DNA from: an uncultured Synergistales bacterium
GTDB lineage: Bacteria > Synergistota > Synergistia > Synergistales > Aminobacteriaceae
NCBI GenBank assembly: GCA_905233215.1
Contig: CAJODC010000002.1
Location: 11,013 to 75,012 of the forward strand
DNA length: 64,000 nucleotides
Direction: 5' to 3'
In this document: positions 15,955 to 25,446 of the stretch, one piece after another
How positions within the stretch are numbered: the stretch's first letter is position 1
How the letters are laid out: each line of letters starts with the position of its first letter
Program-made: the position numbers and the translations under genes
The notes under the pieces: model-generated
The model's database searches: none
The model's input: only the letters and a program-made list of their open reading frames with translations
Told to the model about the DNA's origin: nothing

Positions 15955-16917
15955 ATGTCAGGAAAACTTGTAGTATCAGCATCTCCGCACGTTCACTCAG
16001 AGTTCAGCACACGGAAAATAATGGGCATGGTGATATATTCGCTCCTGCCTGCCGGTATCATCGGCGTATACATGCTCGGTTTACGCTCGCTTCTCGTGAT
16101 TATCGCCTGCGTTGCCGCCTGTGCTTTGAGCGAATTGGTCTGGAACAAGTACATCATGCACCGTAAGGACACAACCGGAGATCTTTCGGCTGTTGTTACA
16201 GGATTATTGCTAGCGTATAACCTGCCCCCTACGATTCCTATCTGGATGGCGATTGCAGGAAGCATCTTCGCAATAATCATCGTCAAACAGTTCTACGGCG
16301 GTATCGGCTGTAACATCGTCAACCCTGCTCTAGCTGCACGCGCAATGATGCTCATCTCATGGCCTACAGCGATGACGACATGGACAGTTCAGGGAGTCTC
16401 AGGCGCAACGCCTCTCGCAGCCATGAAGGCCGGGACATTACCGGCGAATCTCTCGTGCTGGAGCCTGATTGCTGGCGACATGGGAGGCTGTATCGGTGAG
16501 ACCAGCGCAATTCTTCTCATTCTCGGTGGAGCTTATCTCGTTTGGGAAGGCGTAATCAGCGCAAGAATCCCTCTGACTTATATTTTGACAACTGCAATTC
16601 TCTCGGCACTTTTCGGACACGGCGGAGGAATGTTCCCGATTCACGAGATTTTGACGGGAGGATTGTTACTCGGCGCAATCTTCATGGCCACTGACTACAC
16701 TACATCGCCGATGACCGAGAAAGGACAATTCATTTACGCTTTCGGCTGCGGACTCCTCACGGCTTTGATCAGGACATGGGGCGGTTATCCTGAAGGCGTT
16801 TCGTTCTCAATCTTAATCATGAACGTAGCTGTCCCGTTAATCGACAAGTACACCGAACAAAGAACGCTCGGTGCGCCTAAGAGTAATTTCTTCAAGAGAA
16901 TGGGGGGCAAATCATAA
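15955..16917 (+). CDS. rnfD: Rnf complex subunit D
   Basis: 320 aa polytopic NqrB/RnfD pattern (SPH.H, GGIGCNIVNPALAARA, SGATPL flavinylation region, ATDYTTSP). Confidence 0.92.
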   Translation: MSGKLVVSASPHVHSEFSTRKIMGMVIYSLLPAGIIGVYMLGLRSLLVIIACVAACALSELVWNKYIMHRKDTTGDLSAVVTGLLLAYNLPPTIPIWMAIAGSIFAIIIVKQFYGGIGCNIVNPALAARAMMLISWPTAMTTWTVQGVSGATPLAAMKAGTLPANLSCWSLIAGDMGGCIGETSAILLILGGAYLVWEGVISARIPLTYILTTAILSALFGHGGGMFPIHEILTGGLLLGAIFMATDYTTSPMTEKGQFIYAFGCGLLTALIRTWGGYPEGVSFSILIMNVAVPLIDKYTEQRTLGAPKSNFFKRMGGKS

Positions 16918-17507
16918 TGTCGGAAAAAGTATCGTTCAATGAGGCATGGAAAAAAGCCCTTCACTTGGGAGGGACTCTATTTGCCGTAACAGCAGTAACA
17001 GGAATAATACTCGGACTTGTCGAAAACGTAACAAGCAAGGCAATCCTTCAGGCTGAAATCGCTGCACGTAACGAAGCATATCAGCTTGTTATGCCGGCAG
17101 GAAAAACATTCGATGAAGTTGAAACGAAACCGGACGATTTTGTTACCGGAGTCATCAAGGCTAGCGATGAGTCAGGGACTGTTGGCTGGTGCGTCAACGT
17201 AAGCTCAAAAGGTTACGGCGGTCAAATCGGTTTCGTTGTCGGAATAACGAAAGAAGGAACTGTCAAAGCCATCAACATTTTGAGTCATTCAGAAACGCCC
17301 GGACTCGGTGCTAAGTCAACAGAGCCGGAATTTTACACACAGTTCAACGACAAGGATAAATTACCGCTGAAAGTCGTGAAAGGTTCCGCCTCGAATCCTG
17401 ACGAGATAGCAGCGATTTCAGGAGCTACGATAACATCGAACGCTGTAACAGACGGCGTGAACGGTGCGGTCAAATACTGGTCTGAAAACTTGAAGGGGGC
17501 TGAATAG
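16917..17507 (+). CDS. rnfG: Rnf complex subunit G (FMN-binding)
   Basis: 196 aa with an N-terminal TM, SETPGLG and ISGATITS (covalent FMN threonine motif). TAATG overlap with rnfD. Confidence 0.9.
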   Translation: MSEKVSFNEAWKKALHLGGTLFAVTAVTGIILGLVENVTSKAILQAEIAARNEAYQLVMPAGKTFDEVETKPDDFVTGVIKASDESGTVGWCVNVSSKGYGGQIGFVVGITKEGTVKAINILSHSETPGLGAKSTEPEFYTQFNDKDKLPLKVVKGSASNPDEIAAISGATITSNAVTDGVNGAVKYWSENLKGAE

Positions 17508-17509
17508 AA

Positions 17510-18217
17510 TTGAGCCAGAGCAATTTCAGAATCATAACAAACGGAATACTCGCCGAAAATCCTACGTTCGTTCAGTGCATAGGATTATGTCCGACATTGG
17601 CGGTAACAACAAGTGTCGCCAACGGTCTAGGAATGGGAGTAGCCGCTACATTCGTTTTAGTCGCGTCAAATATAGTCATCTCTCTTTTGCGTAAAATGGT
17701 GCCTGATGAAGTTCGTATACCGATTTTCATCGTGGTCATTGCAGGTTTTGTTACCGTGATTGAGTTCCTGATGAAGGGATTTGCGCCGGAGCTGAATAAA
17801 TCGTTGGGCATATTCATTCCGTTAATTGTCGTCAACTGTATCATTCTCGCACGAGCTGAGGCTTTTGCGTCAAAGAACGGCGTATTCGCTTCCGCTCTTG
17901 ACGGTATCGGAATGGGATTGGGCTTCACGATTGCGCTGGCGTTTCTCGGTGCAGTGCGTGAAATTTTCGGGGCTGGAACATTTCTCGGCAATCCTGTCGT
18001 GAGCTTTGAACCTGCGATGTTAATCGTACTTGCTCCGGGAGGCTTCATCGTTCTTGGGTGCTTCATGGGAGCATTCAGAGCGTTACAGGCGAAGGCAGCG
18101 AAGATGAAGGGACTCGGCGCAGTACCTGCTGAGGCTCGTCCGATGGGCTGCGGTTCGTGCGTAATGGCGAAGTTCTGCAAGAAGGACGCTTCAGAATGCG
18201 AGGAGGCGAAATCGTAA
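17510..18217 (+). CDS. rnfE: Rnf complex subunit E, with a Cys-rich C-terminal tail
   Basis: 235 aa with a TTG start. CIGLCPTLAVTT, GIFIPLIVVNCIILARAEAFA are typical RnfE/NqrD blocks. The tail is ..PMGCGSCVMAKFCKKDASECEEAKS. Confidence 0.9.
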   Translation: MSQSNFRIITNGILAENPTFVQCIGLCPTLAVTTSVANGLGMGVAATFVLVASNIVISLLRKMVPDEVRIPIFIVVIAGFVTVIEFLMKGFAPELNKSLGIFIPLIVVNCIILARAEAFASKNGVFASALDGIGMGLGFTIALAFLGAVREIFGAGTFLGNPVVSFEPAMLIVLAPGGFIVLGCFMGAFRALQAKAAKMKGLGAVPAEARPMGCGSCVMAKFCKKDASECEEAKS

Positions 18218-18804
18218 TGACAATGACAGAATTATTCCTGCTCTTCGTGAGTTCAATCTTCGTTCACAATATCCTGTTGTCGAGATTCTTGGGTTGCTGT
18301 CCGTTTATGGGAGTCAGCTCAAAACTCAAGACCGCTCAAGGAATGGGAGCCGCTGTCGTGTTCGTCATAATGCTAGCGTCATTGATGACGTGGCTGACGT
18401 ACAATTACCTTCTCGTGCCGTTGCACCTTGAGTATCTGTACACGCTGTCATTCATACTGGTCATAGCCGCGCTTGTTCAGTTCGTTGAACTTGCTTTGAA
18501 GAAATTGAATCCTGCGCTGTACAAGTCATTGGGAATCTTCCTTCCGTTGATTACGACAAACTGCGCTGTTCTCGGCGTTGCAGTCCTCAACATGAATGAA
18601 GGTTACGGACTTGTTCCAGCACTCGTCAACGCTCTCGGCTCATCGCTGGGCTTCCTTCTGGCAATATCGCTGATGGCCGGAATACGTGAACGAATCGAGG
18701 ACAATGAAGGCGTGCCTGACAGCTTGAAGGGCCTGCCGATGGCGTTAATCACGGCCGGTTTGATGTCGATAGCCTTCATGGGCTTCACAGGAATCATAAA
18801 GTAG
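18217..18804 (+). CDS. rnfA: Rnf complex subunit A
   Basis: Start moved to the ATG at 18217 (TAATG overlap with rnfE), giving 195 aa: MTMTELFLLFVSSIFVHNILLSRFLGCCPFMGVS.., GIFLPLITTNCAVLGVA. The ORF-track extension to 18157 overlaps rnfE and is unlikely. Confidence 0.9.
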   Translation: MTMTELFLLFVSSIFVHNILLSRFLGCCPFMGVSSKLKTAQGMGAAVVFVIMLASLMTWLTYNYLLVPLHLEYLYTLSFILVIAALVQFVELALKKLNPALYKSLGIFLPLITTNCAVLGVAVLNMNEGYGLVPALVNALGSSLGFLLAISLMAGIRERIEDNEGVPDSLKGLPMALITAGLMSIAFMGFTGIIK

Positions 18805-18817
18805 GGAGGCGTTCAAC

Positions 18818-19651
18818 ATGGACATAATGCACGTAATGGTAACACCTCTTGTGTTAATGGGCGTAATGGGCGGTGTATTCGGCGTACTTCTTGCGATTGC
18901 TTCAATCGTCTTCAGGGTACATCAGGACGAGAGAATCGGACTTATCCGAGCCGCTCTTCCCGGCGCGAACTGCGGAGGCTGCGGTTATCCCGGCTGTGAC
19001 GGTTACGCTTCGGGAGTCGTGAATGACGGAGCGTCGGTCAACAAGTGCAACGTAGGCGGTGCGCCGGTAGCACAGAGAATCGCCGAGATCATGGGAGTTG
19101 AGGCAGGAGCAAGCGTACCGATGAGAACGTTCTTGAAGTGCAAGGGAACATGTGAGGCAGCACCGAGAAAGTTAATCTATGACGGCGTTCAAGACTGCAA
19201 GAGCGCATCAGTAATCCCGGGCGGTTCGCCTAATTCATGTCCCTTTGGCTGCATCGGCTTGGGTACCTGCGTGAGCGTCTGCGTTTTCGGAGCTTTGTCG
19301 ATTGGCGATGACGGACTCCCGAAGGTTGACCTGTCGAAGTGCGTTGGCTGTGGTACTTGTGTCGCTAACTGTCCGAAAGGCGTTCTGACTCTCATTCCTA
19401 GAACGGCTGACGTTGTTGTGGCGTGTAATTCTCACTGGAAAGGGCCTATGGTCAAGAGCGTTTGCAGTGCCGGCTGTATCGGCTGTACTCTTTGCGCTAA
19501 GAAATGCCCGAAGCAGGCCATCGAAATCGTGAACGATCTCGCAGTGATTGACCAGAGCAAATGCGTGAAGTGTGGGATTTGCGCTAAGGTCTGTCCTGCA
19601 AAAGTCATCAGCATGGGCGAGAAGTGCGCGGTTGTCGAAAAGTCAGCGTAA
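18818..19651 (+). CDS. rnfB: Rnf complex subunit B (polyferredoxin)
   Basis: 277 aa with an N-terminal TM, a CGGCGYPGCDGYA cluster and four CxxCxxCxxxCP-type motifs (CVGCGTCVANCP, CIGCTLCAKKCP, CVKCGICAKVCP...). Confidence 0.9.
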   Translation: MDIMHVMVTPLVLMGVMGGVFGVLLAIASIVFRVHQDERIGLIRAALPGANCGGCGYPGCDGYASGVVNDGASVNKCNVGGAPVAQRIAEIMGVEAGASVPMRTFLKCKGTCEAAPRKLIYDGVQDCKSASVIPGGSPNSCPFGCIGLGTCVSVCVFGALSIGDDGLPKVDLSKCVGCGTCVANCPKGVLTLIPRTADVVVACNSHWKGPMVKSVCSAGCIGCTLCAKKCPKQAIEIVNDLAVIDQSKCVKCGICAKVCPAKVISMGEKCAVVEKSA

Positions 19652-19671
19652 AATTCAGAGCTTCATTTCCA

Positions 19672-19706
19672 CCGTCTGAGTCGAAAAGATTCAGGCGGTT
19701 TTTGTT
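19672..19706 (+). terminator. Rho-independent terminator after rnfB
   Basis: Stem CCGTCTGA (19672-19679) / TCAGGCGG (19691-19698, one G-U pair) is followed by TTTTTGTTT. Confidence 0.65.
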
Positions 19707-19764
19707 TGCTTAGAGTCAAATTCAACCTGTATAATTCCCGAAAAAATTACAGGAGCAAAATTCT

Positions 19765-20871
19765 ATGTTCAATCCTTTCGTATTAGTACCTTGCTTGATA
19801 TGCCTCTACACCGTCATCAGTGCCGTTATCCCTCTGAAAGTTACGGCTCTCGTGAAATTCGCTCTGGCTTTGCTGACGGTCTCAGGGGTCGCAAAACTCT
19901 TCATGATGAGAATGACTCCGGCAGGCTTCGACATCACGGAGCTTCCCAGAAATTTCGCTCTCTTCCTGTCAGCAATGTTCAGCTTCATGATCGCCGCCGC
20001 TATTCTCTGCGTCATCAAGGACATCGCTTTCATCGTGTGGAAAATCTTTTCACGCTCAAAATTCCCGGCTCATTGCGCTTCTTTGAGCGTTCTTGCCATT
20101 GCCGCTGCTGCTACGGTTTACGGTGTCTATCAGGGAACGAGAGTACCCGATGTTGTCGCACATGATGTGAAAATTTCAGGGCTTGGGAAAGATCTTGACG
20201 GTCTCAAAATTGCCATGCTTGTTGATATTCATGTAGGCTCGGTGAACAGAAGAGACTTCGTTCAGTCTGTGGTCGAAAAAACTAACGCATTGAATCCTGA
20301 TTTGATATTGATACCGGGAGATTTTGTTGACGGCCATGTTGCGAAGAGAAGCGGTGATTTGGAGCCTCTGTCGGAGTTGAGAGCAAAACTCGGAGTCTAT
20401 GCAGTAACAGGAAATCACGAATATTATTACGACCTTCACGGCTGGCTAAAGACTCTTTCAGGCTTCGGGGTGAAATGGCTACACAATGAGAACGTCATCA
20501 TCGCTTCGGGAGATTCTCAGCTCGTCATCGCCGGAGTTCCTGACCCTACAGGCGGTAATCACAACACGCCCAAAGCCCTCGAAAATTCCCCCGTCAACGT
20601 CCCTGTCATACTCATGGATCATCAGCCGCGATTCGCCCGTGAGAATGCGAAACTCGGAATCGCCCTCCAGATTTCCGGACACACTCACGGAGGACAGATG
20701 CCGATAGTTTCGCAGATAGTACAGAAGGTGAATAGAGGCTTCGTGAACGGCTGGTACGATGTTGACGGAATGAGGCTCTACGTCAGTCCGGGTACGTCTC
20801 AATGGGACGGCTTCCCCGTGAGAATCTTCGACCCCTCAGAAATCACTCTGTTCACCCTTCGTGCTGATTAA
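19765..20871 (+). CDS. Membrane-anchored metallophosphoesterase (YkuE/calcineurin-like)
   Basis: 368 aa with four N-terminal TM helices, then DIHVG, GDFVDG, GNHEYY and GHTHGGQ motifs. Confidence 0.8.
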   Translation: MFNPFVLVPCLICLYTVISAVIPLKVTALVKFALALLTVSGVAKLFMMRMTPAGFDITELPRNFALFLSAMFSFMIAAAILCVIKDIAFIVWKIFSRSKFPAHCASLSVLAIAAAATVYGVYQGTRVPDVVAHDVKISGLGKDLDGLKIAMLVDIHVGSVNRRDFVQSVVEKTNALNPDLILIPGDFVDGHVAKRSGDLEPLSELRAKLGVYAVTGNHEYYYDLHGWLKTLSGFGVKWLHNENVIIASGDSQLVIAGVPDPTGGNHNTPKALENSPVNVPVILMDHQPRFARENAKLGIALQISGHTHGGQMPIVSQIVQKVNRGFVNGWYDVDGMRLYVSPGTSQWDGFPVRIFDPSEITLFTLRAD

Positions 20872-20873
20872 GT

Positions 20874-22010
20874 CTACTTTCTGAAAAATTCCTTCATCTT
20901 CGATACTAACGCTTCCTGCTCACTTTCTTTCAGTCCCGGAAAAACAGGAAGCGCAAGTACTTCATCGGCTAATTGTTCGCTCACTGGAAAATCGCCTTTC
21001 TTGTAACCCAAGTACGAGAAGCACGGCTGAAGATGCAACGGCAGCGGATAATACACCCTCACGGCGAATCCTTCAGCGTTCAAAAACTCCATAAGCTCAT
21101 CACGTTTCGACTTCACACGAACAACATACTGATGATAGATGTGATAATTCCCGTCAAGCTCAACAGGTGCGGTGATGAACTCGTTGATGCCGTTTGTCTT
21201 GAATAACAGCCTGTAGTAATCGGCAATCTTTCGGCGTTCCTCGTTCCACGTTTCGAGACGCTTCAGCTTTATGTCGAGTATTGCAGCCTGCAAAGCGTCA
21301 AGACGTGAGTTGATGCCGATCTCGTCATGATAGTATGTCGTCCCGGAACCGTGAACACGCAATCGCCTCAGACGTTCCGCCCTTTCGCTGTTACGGGTTA
21401 CGACAAGTCCGCCGTCTCCGCAGCCTCCGAGATTCTTCGTCGGGAAAAACGAGTAGCACCCGACATCACCGACAGCCCCTGCACGCATTAACTCGCCGTC
21501 AGCCAAACGAGTCGCCCCGAATGCCTGCGCTGTGTCCTCAATCGTCAGCACTCCTCGTTCATGAAACTCCTTCACAGCTCCTTCAATCGGTGCCATCTGT
21601 CCGAACAAGTGAACGGGAAGAAATGCTCTCGTCTTTGATGTTACTTTGCTCAAAGCGTCATCAATCTTGATGTTGTAGGTTGAAGGGTCAACGTCAGCAA
21701 ACACCGGCACAGCTCCGAGTCTCGCAATCGTTCCCGAAGTTGCGAAGAACGTGAACGGCGTAGTGATGACTTCATCGCCCTCGTGAATGTCGCAGGCCAT
21801 CAACGCCAGCAATAACGCATCAGTCCCGGAAGCACAGCCGACACTAGAGCCCTCCGGGAGTTCAAGATATGAGTCGCAATGTTCCTCAAAAGTTTTGACC
21901 TCTTTGCCGAGTATGAAGCTCTGAGCGTCAAAAATTCTCTCCATTGCCGCGAATACGTCAGCTCTTATTTCACCGAACGAACGTGTCAAATCTAAAATTG
22001 GTACTGTCAA
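20874..22010 (-). CDS. DegT/DnrJ/EryC1/StrS-family PLP sugar aminotransferase (ArnB-like)
   Basis: 378 aa with a TTG start and GGAGA RBS. GDEVITTPFTFFAT, EDTAQAFGA, SFFPTKNLG (PLP lysine). Substrate cannot be assigned from sequence alone. Confidence 0.85.
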   Translation of the reverse strand: MTVPILDLTRSFGEIRADVFAAMERIFDAQSFILGKEVKTFEEHCDSYLELPEGSSVGCASGTDALLLALMACDIHEGDEVITTPFTFFATSGTIARLGAVPVFADVDPSTYNIKIDDALSKVTSKTRAFLPVHLFGQMAPIEGAVKEFHERGVLTIEDTAQAFGATRLADGELMRAGAVGDVGCYSFFPTKNLGGCGDGGLVVTRNSERAERLRRLRVHGSGTTYYHDEIGINSRLDALQAAILDIKLKRLETWNEERRKIADYYRLLFKTNGINEFITAPVELDGNYHIYHQYVVRVKSKRDELMEFLNAEGFAVRVYYPLPLHLQPCFSYLGYKKGDFPVSEQLADEVLALPVFPGLKESEQEALVSKMKEFFRK

Positions 22011-22083
22011 TTTGCTATCATCTCCATGATAATTATCACGTTTAATTGTATTATATTGTCATTACTCGACAGGAGGATATTTA

Positions 22084-22806
22084 ATGGCTAACACGGCAAT
22101 AATCATAGCTGGCGGTGTAGGGGCGAGAATGCACTTTGACATTCCCAAACAGTTCGTCAACGTCAACGACAAGCCCATCATCATCTACACTCTAGCGGCG
22201 TTCCAGAAACACCCGGACATTGACGCAATCGAAGTGGTATGTCTCGAAGGCTGGCACGACATTCTCAGGGCTTACGCTAAACAGTTCGGTATCACCAAGC
22301 TGAAATACATCGTTGACGGCGGAGCATCGGCACAAGAGTCAATCCGTAACGGTGTCTTCAACCTTGAGGGCAAATGCGAACCTGACGACATCGTGATAAT
22401 TCATGACGGAATAAGACCGCTTGTTGATGCTGACGTTCTCTCAGACGTTATCATAAAGTGCAGACAGTACGGCAACGCTGTAACATCGCTCCCATACAAT
22501 GAGCAGATTTTCATCATTGACGATGAGATTTCGACAACAAGATACATTCCACGTGAAACTCTAAGACGTGTCTCGACTCCTCAAGCCTACAAATTTTCCC
22601 TGCTTGACGAAAAATATCATGAGGCTTTCGACAAAGGCATAGGCATTTACGGTTCATCATACACAAATACAATGATGGCTGACTTGGGCGTTAGATTGTA
22701 TTTCGCTGCCGGTTCTGATAAGAATATCAAGCTCACGACTCCGGACGATCTCGAAATGTTCAAGTCATTCGTGAAGAAAGAAGGAGGCTCTCTCTATGGT
22801 ATTTGA
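22084..22806 (+). CDS. IspD/TarI-family sugar-phosphate cytidylyltransferase
   Basis: 240 aa. AIIIAGGVGARM..IPKQF, IHDGIRP, STPQ. Length and neighbours suggest a ribitol-5-P/other alditol-P cytidylyltransferase rather than MEP-pathway IspD. Confidence 0.75.
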   Translation: MANTAIIIAGGVGARMHFDIPKQFVNVNDKPIIIYTLAAFQKHPDIDAIEVVCLEGWHDILRAYAKQFGITKLKYIVDGGASAQESIRNGVFNLEGKCEPDDIVIIHDGIRPLVDADVLSDVIIKCRQYGNAVTSLPYNEQIFIIDDEISTTRYIPRETLRRVSTPQAYKFSLLDEKYHEAFDKGIGIYGSSYTNTMMADLGVRLYFAAGSDKNIKLTTPDDLEMFKSFVKKEGGSLYGI

Positions 22807-23824
22807 CAATTCGCTTTATGTTGACGATGTGAATTACGCTGTTGATTCAGCCAGCATGAATCTTGACGGAAAATCATTCCTCATCTCCGGCGCATCGGGG
22901 TTAATCGGAAGTTTTCTCGTTGACGTTCTCATGACGAAGGGAGCGAAAGTTCTCGCTCTTGGCCGAAACATCGAGTCGGCAAAAAAACGTTTCAGCTCAT
23001 ACCTTGACGATGAACGCTTCACTTTCAGCGTACACGACATCAACAAGCCTCTCACGGTTTCAGGGAGCTTCGACTACGTTATTCACCTCGCCAGCAACAC
23101 TCACCCTATCGCTTACTCGTCCGATCCTGTAGGCACAATCACGGCCAACATCATCGGTCTCAACAACATGCTTGACTTCGCACACAGGAACGGGACGGAG
23201 CGATTCGTTTTCGCTTCATCGGTGGAAATTTACGGCGTGAACAGGGGAGATACTGAATACTTCAGCGAGGACTATTGCGGAGAAATTGACATCAGCAAGG
23301 CTCGTTCAGGTTACTGCGAGGCGAAGAGGTGCGGTGAAACTCTCTGCCAGTCGTATATTCAACAGTACGGGCTTGACGTTGTTATACCGAGATTCTCAAG
23401 GACTTACGGCCCTACGATGAAACTTGACGACTCGAAAGCAATCTCACAGTTCATCAGGAAGGCGGTCGAACGACAGGACATCGTGTTGAAGAGCGAGGGC
23501 AATCAGCTCTACTCATACAGCTACGTTGCTGACGCTGTTACGGCACTGATGAAGATTCTTGCTGACGCTGAAACTGGACAGGCCTACAACATCGCTGACC
23601 CTGAATCCGATGCGACTCTGAAGGAACTTGCCGGGATTGCCGCAGGTTACGCAGGACGCAAAGTAGTGTTCGATCTTCCTGACGAGAAGGAACGAAGGGG
23701 TTACAGTGCCGCCGTGAAAGCAGTTCTCGATTCGTCAAAGCTGAAGTCTCTCGGCTGGACTCCTCGCTACGACATCAAGTCAGGAATGACTCGGACTCTC
23801 GATATTCTCACTACTTCCCTTTGA
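22796..23824 (+). CDS. NAD-dependent epimerase/dehydratase/reductase (extended SDR)
   Basis: 342 aa. GASGLIGSFL Rossmann motif, ASS..Y, YCEAK (YxxxK). Overlaps the cytidylyltransferase gene by 11 nt. Confidence 0.8.
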   Translation: MVFDNSLYVDDVNYAVDSASMNLDGKSFLISGASGLIGSFLVDVLMTKGAKVLALGRNIESAKKRFSSYLDDERFTFSVHDINKPLTVSGSFDYVIHLASNTHPIAYSSDPVGTITANIIGLNNMLDFAHRNGTERFVFASSVEIYGVNRGDTEYFSEDYCGEIDISKARSGYCEAKRCGETLCQSYIQQYGLDVVIPRFSRTYGPTMKLDDSKAISQFIRKAVERQDIVLKSEGNQLYSYSYVADAVTALMKILADAETGQAYNIADPESDATLKELAGIAAGYAGRKVVFDLPDEKERRGYSAAVKAVLDSSKLKSLGWTPRYDIKSGMTRTLDILTTSL

Positions 23825-24338
23825 AACGCTGAGAGTCTTGGTCGGTAACAAAACCTGTTTCATGATCTGGGGGCAGAAGAATGTTTTTGGGGTCTTTTGC
23901 CCATTCGACTGTTCCGCCCCTGTAATTTTTGATTTTTGACGATGAGAAATTGAAGCGTCTCACTAACTGATCGGCTAAACGTCCCGATAAAACTCCCGTG
24001 TTGCAGTAAATTATTACGGTCTTGTCATCTGTTATGCCTTCTTTGGCCAGAAGAGCCGACACGATATGAGGCCGTGAGCTGAGATCTTCAGGCGGAAAAT
24101 TCACTGCTCCCGGAATATGTCCGCCGGGAAAACCCGGACGAGGTGATTTTCCCAGAAACGACTCCAGCGGTCTTGCGTCAACAAGAACGTAGCCTGCCTT
24201 GCCTGTATGAGCTTTGACATAAGCTGCGTCAACGTCTTCAACATGAGGTTCAAGCCGTGAAAATATCATTATCAGCACGAAAATAAACGCGAAAACTATC
24301 GGTGCTGTTATCTCTAAAGGGGGATATTTTTTCTCCAT
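23811..24338 (-). CDS. Membrane-anchored rhodanese-domain sulfurtransferase
   Basis: 175 aa with an N-terminal TM, GHIPGAVNFP and an active-site loop YCNTGVLSGR. Confidence 0.75.
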   Translation of the reverse strand: MEKKYPPLEITAPIVFAFIFVLIMIFSRLEPHVEDVDAAYVKAHTGKAGYVLVDARPLESFLGKSPRPGFPGGHIPGAVNFPPEDLSSRPHIVSALLAKEGITDDKTVIIYCNTGVLSGRLADQLVRRFNFSSSKIKNYRGGTVEWAKDPKNILLPPDHETGFVTDQDSQRFKGK

Positions 24339-24458
24339 TGCTTAGAGCCTTCCTTAATGAATAATTTAATGAGTACTCATATTATACATTTTTTATTGTC
24401 AACTAAAAATTTTCATATTGTAAACCGAGCAGAATCGTTCTTGCATTTTTGCACTTTG

Positions 24459-24467
24459 TGTTATAAT
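24459..24467 (+). promoter_or_regulatory. Candidate extended -10 promoter (TGTTATAAT) for miaA-ispH-rpsA
   Basis: TG-n-TATAAT at 24459-24467, with TTGCAT at 24441-24446 (15-nt spacer). It lies about 32 nt upstream of the miaA TTG start. Confidence 0.35.
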
Positions 24468-24498
24468 TCTTGCACTTTATGGTAAGAGGGCTGAGATT

Positions 24499-25446
24499 TT
24501 GAGGAACAGGCAGCCTGTGGTTGCTTTAATCGGAGCTACGGCCGTAGGGAAAACGGCTCTTAGCATTTCATTAGCAGAAAGGTTAGACGCTGAAATTATC
24601 TCTGTAGACTCGCGTCAAGTTTATCGTTATATGGACGTGGGTACAGATAAGGTTTCGGCTTCTTTACGGCGTGAAATACCCCATCACCTTATTGACATTG
24701 CAGACCCCGATGAGAAGTTCACAGTATCAGATTTCGCAGAAAGAGCCGCTCAAGCGGTAACGAGGATTTCCGCACGTAAGAGAATCCCTCTTTTTGTGGG
24801 CGGGACTCCGTTCTATTATAATGCCCTGTTTCATGCCTCGCTCAATGCCGATTTACCTTCTGACTCGGACGTTCGAGGAAAATATGAGGCACTCGCAAAT
24901 TCACAGGGGGCTGAACTTCTTCACATGAGGCTTGCTGAAGTTGACCCTGACACGGCCGGAAGGTTACACAAGAATGACATTCAGAGAGTTACGAGAGCTC
25001 TTGAGATTTATGATCTGACCGGTAAAGCACCGTCAAAAATTTACAGCGAGGGCGAAAAAAGAGATTACGGTTTCGATGTACTATATATAGGACTGTCAAG
25101 AACAAGAGAAGAATTATTTGAACGAATCGAAATCAGGCTTGAACAGGAATATTCTTCAGATTTCCCCGATGAAGTCAAGTGGCTTTTGTCTCACGGCTAC
25201 GATGATAGGTTCAATCCGCTGAAAGGATTGGGCTACAAAGAACTCATTGATTATCACAGGGGTAAAACAACACTAGATGAAGCACTGGAAATTTCAATTT
25301 CAAGGACGAAGGCATTTTGCAGACGACAGCAGACGTGGTTCAAGAAATTTGAGCCAGCGATGTGGTTTGATATGGCCAAGTCCAGTCATGAGGAAGAAAT
25401 CATAGAAGCAATCAACAAACATTTACACAAAGAGGACGATCAGTAA
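24499..25446 (+). CDS. miaA: tRNA dimethylallyltransferase
   Basis: 315 aa with a TTG start. IGATAVGKTALSI P-loop, DSRQVYRYMDVGTDK, LFVGGTPFYYNAL. Confidence 0.9.
   Translation: MRNRQPVVALIGATAVGKTALSISLAERLDAEIISVDSRQVYRYMDVGTDKVSASLRREIPHHLIDIADPDEKFTVSDFAERAAQAVTRISARKRIPLFVGGTPFYYNALFHASLNADLPSDSDVRGKYEALANSQGAELLHMRLAEVDPDTAGRLHKNDIQRVTRALEIYDLTGKAPSKIYSEGEKRDYGFDVLYIGLSRTREELFERIEIRLEQEYSSDFPDEVKWLLSHGYDDRFNPLKGLGYKELIDYHRGKTTLDEALEISISRTKAFCRRQQTWFKKFEPAMWFDMAKSSHEEEIIEAINKHLHKEDDQ

Noticed and set aside
17572-18180. 202-aa minus-strand ORF
   Set aside because: It is fully antisense to rnfE, which has strong family motifs. Its composition (Ala/Pro/Thr/Ile-rich) is what the reverse frame of a membrane-protein gene produces.
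18157-18216. Track-predicted upstream extensions of several ORFs: rnfA 18157, nitroreductase 27967, cobU 44273, PPIase 52507, dpnC 52492, dpnD 53261, ytfQ 62747
   Set aside because: In each case the extension overlaps the preceding gene or swallows the RBS. An internal ATG with a Shine-Dalgarno sequence gives the family-typical N-terminus.
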